In this document: in pieces, positions 57,434 to 64,000 of the stretch
Layout of the letters: every line of letters starts with the position of its first letter
Numbering within the stretch: the stretch's first letter is position 1
NCBI GenBank assembly: GCA_964510125.1
Contig: CAZEAF010000001.1
Coordinates: 2,362 to 66,361, forward strand
Source: an uncultured Coriobacteriaceae bacterium
GTDB taxonomy: Bacteria; Actinomycetota; Coriobacteriia; Coriobacteriales; UMGS124
Direction of reading: 5' to 3'
Length of the DNA stretch: 64,000 bases
Notes under the pieces: model-generated
The model's input: only the letters and a program-made list of their open reading frames with translations
The model's database searches: none
Told to the model about the DNA's origin: nothing
Program-made: the position numbers and the translations under genes

Positions 57434-58993
57434 CTACTTGGCGACGTCCATCGCGCGGCTCTCGCGGATGACGACAACCTTGACCTGGCCGGGGTATTGG
57501 AGCTTGTCCTCAATCTCGGTCGCAATCTCGTGGGCGAGCACGGTGGCCTGGGCGTCGGAGACATCCTCGGGCTTGACCATGACGCGAATCTCGCGGCCGG
57601 CCTGCATGGCGTAGGTGCGCTCGACGCCCTCGTGGGAGTCGGCGATTTCCTCGAGCTTCTCCAGACGCTTGACGTAGCTCTCGGCGGACTCCCTGCGGGC
57701 GCCGGGACGGGCTGCGCTCACGGCGTCGGCGGCCTGGACCAGGACGTCGATGATGCCGTCGGGGTCGATGTCGTTGTGGTGGGACTCCACGGCGTGAACG
57801 ACAACGGGTTCCTCCCCGTAGCGACGGCACAGGTCTGCGCCGATGACGGCGTGCGGGCCCTCCACCTGGTGGTCGATGGCCTTGCCGATGTCGTGCAGAA
57901 GGCCCGCGCGGCGGGCAACGGGTGCCATGTTGGGAAGTCCGAGCTCATTTGCCATGATGTCGCAGAGCTGGGCGACCTCGATGGAGTGGACGAGCACGTT
58001 TTGCCCGTAGGAGGTGCGGTAGCGCAGGGCGCCCAGGGTCTTTACCAGCTCGGGGTGCATGCCGTGCATATCCAGGTCGTAGCAGGCCTGTTCGCCGGCC
58101 TCAAGGACCTTGGCCTGGACCTGGTCAGAGGCCTTGTTGAAGAGCTCCTCGATGCGGGCGGGGTGTATGCGGCCGTCGGCAATCAGGTTCTCAAGGGTCA
58201 CGCGGGCCGTCTCACGGCGGACCGGGTCGAAGGAGGAGAGCTGGACGGTCTCGGGCGTGTCGTCGATGATGAGGTTGACGCCTGTGAGCTGCTCGAAGGT
58301 TCGGATGTTCCGGCCCTCGCGACCGATGATACGGCCCTTGATGTCGTCGGAGGGAATGTGGACCGTGGTGACGGTAACCTCAGCCACATGGTCGCTCGCG
58401 AGGCGCTGGATGGCCGTGGACAGAATCTCGCGGGACTTGCGGTCGGCCTCGATGCGGGTGCGCTGCTCGGACTCGCGGATAATCTGGGCGGACTGGCGGG
58501 TCACCTCGTTGCGGACCTTGTCGAGCAGCTCGGCATGGGCATCATCGCGGGTGAGGCCGCTGATGCGCTCGAGCTCGGCAGCCTGGCGCTGGACCAGGTC
58601 CTCAGCCTCGCGCTTGCGCTTGTCAATCTCGCCGGCCTGGCTGGACAGCTGGTGCTCACGCCTATCGAGCGAGTCGTTGCGGCGGTCGAGGGACTCCTCG
58701 CGCTGTGCGATGCGATTCTCGCGCTCGTTGAGCTTCTCGGTGCGCTGGCGCTCATCGGCCTCGGCAGCCTGCTTGAGGCGCAGGGCCTCTTCCTTGGCCT
58801 CAATCTGAGCTTCTTTCTTGACGCTCTCTGCCTGCTTCTGCGCGCTGTCAACAATACGCGCGGCCTCCTCGTTAGCCTGGGAAACGGTTCCCGAGGAGGA
58901 CGTCTTAGCATGCTGCAGGCCGAGAGCGACACCGATGACAGCTGCAACGATGGCAATCACGACCATAAGGACAATGGCGAGTGGTGCCGACAT
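57434..58993 (-). CDS. rny: ribonuclease Y
   Basis: N-terminal TM segment, coiled coil, KH domain (GRIIGREGRNIR) and HD domain (HSIEVAQLC...LLHDIGK). AGGAGG RBS. Confidence 0.95.
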   Translation of the reverse strand: MSAPLAIVLMVVIAIVAAVIGVALGLQHAKTSSSGTVSQANEEAARIVDSAQKQAESVKKEAQIEAKEEALRLKQAAEADERQRTEKLNERENRIAQREESLDRRNDSLDRREHQLSSQAGEIDKRKREAEDLVQRQAAELERISGLTRDDAHAELLDKVRNEVTRQSAQIIRESEQRTRIEADRKSREILSTAIQRLASDHVAEVTVTTVHIPSDDIKGRIIGREGRNIRTFEQLTGVNLIIDDTPETVQLSSFDPVRRETARVTLENLIADGRIHPARIEELFNKASDQVQAKVLEAGEQACYDLDMHGMHPELVKTLGALRYRTSYGQNVLVHSIEVAQLCDIMANELGLPNMAPVARRAGLLHDIGKAIDHQVEGPHAVIGADLCRRYGEEPVVVHAVESHHNDIDPDGIIDVLVQAADAVSAARPGARRESAESYVKRLEKLEEIADSHEGVERTYAMQAGREIRVMVKPEDVSDAQATVLAHEIATEIEDKLQYPGQVKVVVIRESRAMDVAK

Positions 58994-59169
58994 CTCTTAC
59001 CTCCTGACTGTTTCTTGTACCTTGTGTTGCGCAAGTCAGGACGCATGTGCGGTTATGAGCCGGCACGTACGTCCGGCATCGTGAGACCCACGTTTTCGCT
59101 GCTCTGAAACCCTGTTTCGTGCCATATCAAAGCTCGTGTATACGAGGAAATCACACAAATGCTCACCTA

Positions 59170-59198
59170 ATTGTACGTAGATGCAGGGTGAACTACAA
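59170..59198 (-). promoter_or_regulatory. candidate rny promoter (-35 TTGTAG, 17 nt, -10 TACAAT)
   Basis: Read on the minus strand: -35 at 59193-59198 and -10 at 59170-59175. This implies a 5' leader of about 170 nt. Confidence 0.45.
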
Positions 59199-59229
59199 GA
59201 AGATGTTTCGCTGAAAGCGAAATCTATGC

Positions 59230-59243
59230 AAGTTCTAGAACTT
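59230..59243. promoter_or_regulatory. perfect 14-bp palindrome AAGTTCTAGAACTT upstream of the rny promoter
   Basis: Read directly. It sits about 30 bp upstream of the -35 hexamer. Confidence 0.3.
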
Positions 59244-59313
59244 ACGGGCATGCAGGGCCCAGCACCCGCACCCGAGTTCTGGCTGGGATATGACAGAGCC
59301 CGAGGGTGGAGCC

Positions 59314-60027
59314 TCAGTCCTTTTGCGTGCGGACGACAAGCAGACGGCCGCAGACCGGGCAGGTGGCGATGTCGGGGCCGGCACGGAGCTCGTCAATCTG
59401 GGAGGGCTGGAGCTGCATGCGGCAGCCGGAGCAGCAGCCACCCTCGAGGACGGAGATGCCGATACGGCCGTGGGCGGTGCAGCTGTTTTGATAGGCCTCG
59501 AGGAGCTCGGGGTCGATGGAGGCCAGCAGGGACTCACGCTGGCCCATGAGCTGGGCAATCTCCTCACGGATGGGGGCGGCGTCGTTGCGTAGCTGAACCA
59601 GGAGTTCCCGCTCACGGGCCTCCAGCGAGCCGCGAATCTGGTTGGACTGCTCGAGCAGGCCCTGAAGACGCTTGGCCTCAATCTGGGCCTTGCCCAGGTT
59701 GTACTCGTTCTTCTCCAGCCGCTTGGTCAGGTTGTCCAGGATGGCGTTGTTGGTGCTCACCTGGCGGAAGTCGGCCGTCTTGTTCTCCTCGGTGATGACC
59801 GCGGCCCGGCGCACAATCTCCTCGCGCTCCTTGGTCAGGTCGGCTATCGTCATGTCATTGTCCTTGACGAGGCCGTTGATGCGGGTGGTGCGACGAGAGA
59901 GCTCCTTGAGCCGCGAACGGATGTCGGCGATCTTGGCGGCAACAGGCATGCTCTTGAGGGCCTGCTGGTCGCGGAAGACGTTCATGTCAACGTCCTGCAG
60001 CTCGACGAGCGCTTTGGCAGAGTCCAT
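59314..60027 (-). CDS. coiled-coil C4 zinc-ribbon protein (COG1579/DUF164-like)
   Basis: Long coiled coil followed by CSGCRMQL...CPVCGR. Conserved partner of Nif3. An alternative upstream start at 60066 would overlap Nif3 by 11 nt. Confidence 0.72.
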   Translation of the reverse strand: MDSAKALVELQDVDMNVFRDQQALKSMPVAAKIADIRSRLKELSRRTTRINGLVKDNDMTIADLTKEREEIVRRAAVITEENKTADFRQVSTNNAILDNLTKRLEKNEYNLGKAQIEAKRLQGLLEQSNQIRGSLEARERELLVQLRNDAAPIREEIAQLMGQRESLLASIDPELLEAYQNSCTAHGRIGISVLEGGCCSGCRMQLQPSQIDELRAGPDIATCPVCGRLLVVRTQKD

Positions 60028-60055
60028 GCGATGCTCTCTCTCGTTGGGATCCGTG

Positions 60056-60886
60056 TTAATCGCCACAGATAAGTGTATCAGTCTGCCACCAAACAGGCGC
60101 CTCGTCTATCAGAAAAACGAGAGAACGGGAAATACCGCACTCGACTGCCGCCTGGACAAGGGCCTGGCGGTGAGGGAGCTCGGAGGCATCGTGGCCCAAG
60201 ACGACCACCGAGCAGCCCCGGGCCACGAGGTCGAGGGCCCGATGGTAGCCGCACTCCCCGCAGACGGCGGCGTCGGCCTGGGCGGCGGCTACATCCTCGC
60301 AGCTTGTGCCCCCCATGCTCCCCGAGCAGAAGGCGATGCGGTCAAGCCGGGCGCCCGGATTGTCGCCATAGACCTGGGCGACGCGCCCGAACGCCTCAGT
60401 ACAGGCCTTGGCCAGGTGGGCCAGGGTCCAAGGCTGGGACAGGTTGGCAAGGGCGCCCAGGCTGCCCTGGGAAGGGGTGCGGTCGCGCTCGATGCCGGCC
60501 TTGGCCTCCAGGCCCAGCATCTGGGGCATGAGCAGGGCCGCCCGGGGCGATCGGTCGAGGTTGGTGTGCATGGAGATGACGGCCACGTCGCGCTTGACCG
60601 CCTCCCAGATGGCGGCGGGGGCAAAACCGACCTGGGCAGAAGCGGGCGCTATGGTGGGCGGCAAGTCCAGGCAGACGGGGTGGTGGGTCAGAAGGACGTT
60701 GGCGCCCCTCTCGGCTGCGGCGTCGACCGAGGCGGCGCTCACGTCTAGGGCCACGGCCACGCTCCTCACGGGTGCGTCGGGATCCCCCACGGACAGACCG
60801 ACGTGGTCCCAAGGTTCAGCCCAGGCAGCAGGGAAGAGGGAGAACAGGGCGTCGGTCAGGGCGCGGACAGTGATTTTGGTCGTCAT
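60056..60886 (-). CDS. Nif3-like dinuclear metal centre protein
   Basis: WDHVGLSVGD...LLTHHPV...MHTNLD...GHDASE motifs. Confidence 0.82.
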   Translation of the reverse strand: MTTKITVRALTDALFSLFPAAWAEPWDHVGLSVGDPDAPVRSVAVALDVSAASVDAAAERGANVLLTHHPVCLDLPPTIAPASAQVGFAPAAIWEAVKRDVAVISMHTNLDRSPRAALLMPQMLGLEAKAGIERDRTPSQGSLGALANLSQPWTLAHLAKACTEAFGRVAQVYGDNPGARLDRIAFCSGSMGGTSCEDVAAAQADAAVCGECGYHRALDLVARGCSVVVLGHDASELPHRQALVQAAVECGISRSLVFLIDEAPVWWQTDTLICGD

Positions 60887-61689
60887 AGGTCAATCTGCCT
60901 CCAGTCTCCGTCGGCTCGGGGAACGTCGACCTTGCGGTAGCCGGCCTGATAGGCGTAGGCATAGAGGTCGGCAATGTGGTCGCCTACATTCTCTGCCTTG
61001 TGGGCGTCCGACCCCACGGTGATGGGGACGCCCGCCTGGCAGAAGCCAGAAAGGAGCCGGGGGTCGGGATAGAATGCACCGAGGGGTTTGCGCAGGCCCG
61101 CCGAGGAGACCTCCACATGGACGCCTGCCGCCTGCGCAGCATCGGCCGCCTGGGAGAAAAGCCTGCTCACAAGGGCTTCGTCTGCGGGGACCCGGCCGAG
61201 AATCCGGACCAGATCGGGATGGGCCATGGAGGAAAAACCAACGGGGCAGGAGCAGGCCCGGCACCAGACCTCAAAGTAGCGGCGCCAGACATCCTCAAGG
61301 GGGTGAGCCTCCCAATAGGAGAGGTCAGACAGGTCGTCGATCCACTCGCCGTCCAGGGCGTGGACCGAACCGAGCAGGAAGGTGGCGTTTCCGCGGTAGC
61401 GCCCGATGAAGTCCTCGCAGCCCTCGTAGTAGTCGCACTCCCAGCCGGACACGACCTCGATGCCGGGATGGGCCAGGCGGACCTGGGCAATCTCCTCCAG
61501 GTAAGGGGCCGCGTCGGCCGCGGGGACGCTGCACTCGCAGTCCGGGTCCATGGCGGAGGGCAGGACGAAATGGTCGGTGCAGGCTATGGTGGTAAGCCCC
61601 AGGTGCTCAGCGCGGGCCACGTTCTCCTCGAGCGTGGGCGTCCCGTCCGAATAGCGGGTATGGGTGTGGCAGTCGACGACCTGGGTCAT
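60883..61689 (-). CDS. PHP-family phosphoesterase (histidinol-phosphatase-like)
   Basis: VDCHTHTRYSDG, CTDHF and GSDAH motifs. GAGAGGGGAGAGG precedes ATG 61689. The stop overlaps the Nif3 start (ATGA). Confidence 0.78.
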   Translation of the reverse strand: MTQVVDCHTHTRYSDGTPTLEENVARAEHLGLTTIACTDHFVLPSAMDPDCECSVPAADAAPYLEEIAQVRLAHPGIEVVSGWECDYYEGCEDFIGRYRGNATFLLGSVHALDGEWIDDLSDLSYWEAHPLEDVWRRYFEVWCRACSCPVGFSSMAHPDLVRILGRVPADEALVSRLFSQAADAAQAAGVHVEVSSAGLRKPLGAFYPDPRLLSGFCQAGVPITVGSDAHKAENVGDHIADLYAYAYQAGYRKVDVPRADGDWRQIDL

Positions 61690-61741
61690 GGCCTCTCCCC
61701 TCTCGGTGGCAGCATAGCGGGACTGATACAGGCGCCAGGTT

Positions 61742-62920
61742 CTAGGCGCAGACCTGGCGCAGGGCGGCGACAAAGGCGCGGGCCTCATCCTCGGTGACAC
61801 GGGCGTCGAAGGAGATGCGCAGCTCTGACAGGGCCTCAGAGCCAGTCAGGCCCAGGGCCCGCAGAACGTGGGACTCCTTGCTGGAGCCCGCCGCGCAGGC
61901 CGAGCCCCCCGAGACCTCAAAGCCCCGCTCGTCGAGGGCCAGGACCAGGCTCTGGGAGTCGTGGCCGGGGACCAGCAGGCAGACCGTGGAGGGGACGAAG
62001 CGGTCGTCCAAAGTGCCGCCGGCAGCCAGGCGGGCGACGGGATTGGGCCCGCAGACGAGGCCCTCGACAAGGGTTCGAGCAACCTTACGCTCGCCCGCCA
62101 GGTTGCTGTCCAGCTGGGACACGGCGTCCTTGGCGGCGGCGGCAAAGACCAGGGCCCCCCGCACATCGACGGTACCGGACCTGAGGTTTCGCTCCTGGCC
62201 CCCGCCCAGCTGGATGGGCTCGATGCGGGTGCGGGACTTGACGTAGAGGGCGCCGCAGCCCACGAATCCGCCGACCTTGTGGGCGGTGAAGCTGGCGGCG
62301 TCCACCCCCAGCTGGCGAAGGTCAAGCGGGCACTTGCCCAGGGCCTGCACCCCGTCCGTGTGGCAGAGGGCCCCGGCCGCGTGGGCCATGCGGGCGACCT
62401 CGGCCACCGGCTGGATGGTGCCCAGCTCGTTGTTGACGGCCATAACGGACACCAGGGCCACGTCGGGGCCCAGCATAGCCTTGAGGGCCTCCAGGTCAAG
62501 GACGCCGCAGGATAGGACAGGTATCTCCTCCATGGTCATGCCCAGTTCGCGCAGGCGGGGGGCCAGAGCCAGGATGGAGTCGTGCTCGATGGAGCTCACC
62601 AGGACACGGTGGCGCCGGTGGCCATGTTCGTCGACCTGGGCGCGGGCTAGGCCCAGGACGGCTAGGTTGTTGGACTCGGTCCCGCCGCTGGTAAAGGTGA
62701 CCTCGGCGGGCATGCGGGCGCCCAGGGCCCGTGCCAGGTCGCGGCGGGCCCCCTCCAGGGCGGCAAAGGCGGACCGCCCATAGCTGTGTAGGGAGCTGGG
62801 GTTGGCGCCGGCCCAGGCCTGCTGGTCGTAGTCCCGGGCCGCAGCCAGGGCCGCCTCGGTGGGCGGACAGGAGGCCGCGGCGTCAAGGTAAACCTTATGT
62901 CGAGACTCAGAGTTGGTCAA
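61742..62920 (-). CDS. cysteine desulfurase (NifS/IscS class)
   Basis: TSGGTESNN, the PLP-lysine context SFTAHKVGG, and the active-site loop SGGSACAAGS. Confidence 0.87.
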   Translation of the reverse strand: MTNSESRHKVYLDAAASCPPTEAALAAARDYDQQAWAGANPSSLHSYGRSAFAALEGARRDLARALGARMPAEVTFTSGGTESNNLAVLGLARAQVDEHGHRRHRVLVSSIEHDSILALAPRLRELGMTMEEIPVLSCGVLDLEALKAMLGPDVALVSVMAVNNELGTIQPVAEVARMAHAAGALCHTDGVQALGKCPLDLRQLGVDAASFTAHKVGGFVGCGALYVKSRTRIEPIQLGGGQERNLRSGTVDVRGALVFAAAAKDAVSQLDSNLAGERKVARTLVEGLVCGPNPVARLAAGGTLDDRFVPSTVCLLVPGHDSQSLVLALDERGFEVSGGSACAAGSSKESHVLRALGLTGSEALSELRISFDARVTEDEARAFVAALRQVCA

Positions 62921-62929
62921 AGCGTCCCC

Positions 62930-63652
62930 TTATCGTCCCAGCCCAACTCCCGCGCTCGTGCGGATGGCCTCCATGGCCTGCTGTGACTGGGCGCCATGCT
63001 CAAAGACGGCGCTTCCTGCCACCAGAATCCTGGCGCCGGCTGCCACGACCTGCGGGGCCGTATCAACGTTGATGCCACCGTCAACCTCGATGAGAGGGTG
63101 AGCCTCAAGCTCCTCGCAGAGGGCGACCAGCTCCTGAATCTTGCGGATGGTGGAGGGGATGAACCTCTGCCCGCCGAAGCCGGGGTTCACGCTCATGACC
63201 AGGATAAGGTCCGCCACCTCGACCAGCTCGCGGACCGCTTGGACAGGGGTCGAGGGGTTGAGGGCGATGCCGGCCAGGGCTCCCCTCTCGTGGATGTGGG
63301 CCACAGCTCGATTGGCGTGGGCAAGGGCCTCATAGTGCATGGTCACCAGGTCGGCGCCGGCGTCTAGGTACCAGTCGACGGACTCGTCGGGGTTGGAGAC
63401 CATGAGGTGGACGTCCAGCTTGCTCTGGGGAAAGTCCCGCCTGAGCCCGCGCACGAAGGCGGGACCGATGGTGAGGTTGGGTGTGAAGTGGCCATCCATG
63501 ACGTCCACATGGATGAGGTCGGCCGTGGGGGCCACGCGGGCCACATCCTCGGATAGGCGCATGAAATCGGCCGAGAGGATGGAGGGGGCCATGAGAACCC
63601 GACCGTCCCCCCAGAGGTCCCGCGCAGCGGATGCGTTGGCGTTCTCGCTCAT
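62930..63652 (-). CDS. rpe: ribulose-phosphate 3-epimerase
   Basis: APSILSADF...HVDVMDGHFTPN...VNPGFGGQ. An alternative GTG start at 63667 overlaps the gpsA stop. Confidence 0.92.
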   Translation of the reverse strand: MSENANASAARDLWGDGRVLMAPSILSADFMRLSEDVARVAPTADLIHVDVMDGHFTPNLTIGPAFVRGLRRDFPQSKLDVHLMVSNPDESVDWYLDAGADLVTMHYEALAHANRAVAHIHERGALAGIALNPSTPVQAVRELVEVADLILVMSVNPGFGGQRFIPSTIRKIQELVALCEELEAHPLIEVDGGINVDTAPQVVAAGARILVAGSAVFEHGAQSQQAMEAIRTSAGVGLGR

Positions 63653-63663
63653 AGCCGGTCCTT

Positions 63664-64000
63664 TCACTCTTCCTCGTCTCGGCCGATGCCGTAGAACTCG
63701 ACGCGGGGCTCGCGGGCCATGAGGTCGTGGGCCACTTCGTCAAGGGACAGGTTCCCGTGAAGCAGCTGGTAGACGGACTCCGTGAGCGGCGCCTCGACCG
63801 CGTGCTTCCGGGCCAGGGTCCTGATGGAGGAGCAGGCATAGTAGCCCTCGACCACCATGTGGGTGCGCTCGGTGTACTGGGCCAAGGTCTCCCCCTGCGA
63901 GAAGGAGACGCCGAAGGAGAAGTTGCGCGACTTGGGCGAGGTGCAGGTGGCCACCAGGTCGCCCATGCCGGCGAGGCCCATGCAGGTGAGGGGGTGGCCC
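63664..64000 (-). CDS. gpsA: NAD(P)H-dependent glycerol-3-phosphate dehydrogenase, C-terminal part (5' end outside window)
   Basis: GHPLTCMGLAGMGDLVATCTSPKSRNFSFG...VVEGYY. The frame is open to the window edge. Confidence 0.88.
   Translation of the reverse strand, partial: GHPLTCMGLAGMGDLVATCTSPKSRNFSFGVSFSQGETLAQYTERTHMVVEGYYACSSIRTLARKHAVEAPLTESVYQLLHGNLSLDEVAHDLMAREPRVEFYGIGRDEEE

Noticed and set aside
57497-59107. A 536-aa plus-strand ORF.
   Set aside because: It is antisense to rny, which has KH and HD domains that are unambiguous. This is a shadow ORF.
58994-59313. A possible RNase P RNA or other known ncRNA downstream of the Nif3/Zn-ribbon pair.
   Set aside because: The gap is only about 320 nt and lacks the universally conserved P4 sequence (GAGGAAAGUCC). 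It is better explained as the rny promoter and leader.

Overview
This is a 64-kb, visibly high-G+C, gene-dense chromosomal core region. I call about 60 CDS and one tRNA-Pro(GGG). I found no rRNA, transposase, integrase, phage gene, CRISPR array or recognisable defence or toxin-antitoxin module, so this reads as housekeeping DNA rather than an accessory island.

Gene content mixes two kinds of markers. Actinobacterial ones are mIHF-gmk-rpoZ, nrdR-LysM-lexA, recA-recX and an FHA-MerR pair. Firmicutes-type ones are RNase Y, RNase J and SpoVS. Together they suggest a Coriobacteriia-like actinobacterium (inference only).

Gene order, left to right:
- acnA (3' end), then a Wzm/Wzt/GT2 mini-cluster
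- pyrR-B-C-K-D-F, then mihF-gmk-rpoZ-thiI
- comEA-comEC-holA, rpsT, lepA-dus-hemW
- a membrane-anchored DnaJ paralogue, dnaJ, an mtaB-like gene
- rpsO-pnp, an EEP nuclease and a CPBP protease
- dapB-dapA-rnj-ftsK, a rodZ-like gene, rimO
- a pgsA::cinA fusion, recA-recX, tRNA-Pro
- a lipid/cell-wall/FHA-MerR/NlpC-P60 block
- then, on the minus strand: dut, nrdR, a LysM gene (divergent from lexA), hflX-miaA-miaB-spoVS, a GHKL ATPase, rny, a Zn-ribbon gene, Nif3, a PHP phosphatase, a cysteine desulfurase, rpe and gpsA (3' end).

The most notable observations are:
1. A convergent strand switch at 49.4-49.6 kb whose AT-rich core is a 28-bp 11-6-11 dif-like XerC/D site. This is probably the replication terminus.
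2. A J-domain/Zn-finger DnaJ paralogue ending in transmembrane helices. It sits where hrcA(-grpE-dnaK) lies in related gene orders.
3. An orphan GHKL ATPase occupying the ymdB slot between rny and spoVS.
4. A single-ORF PgsA-CinA(PncC) fusion.
5. A perfect 11-6-11 AT-only inverted repeat overlapping a near-consensus dut promoter immediately after nrdR.
6. A clear LexA regulon signature: GAAC-N4-GTTC boxes at recA, and three at the lexA/LysM divergent promoter.

Start codons were chosen by eye from RBS and overlap context and are less certain than gene identities. Nothing here was verified by a search or computation.
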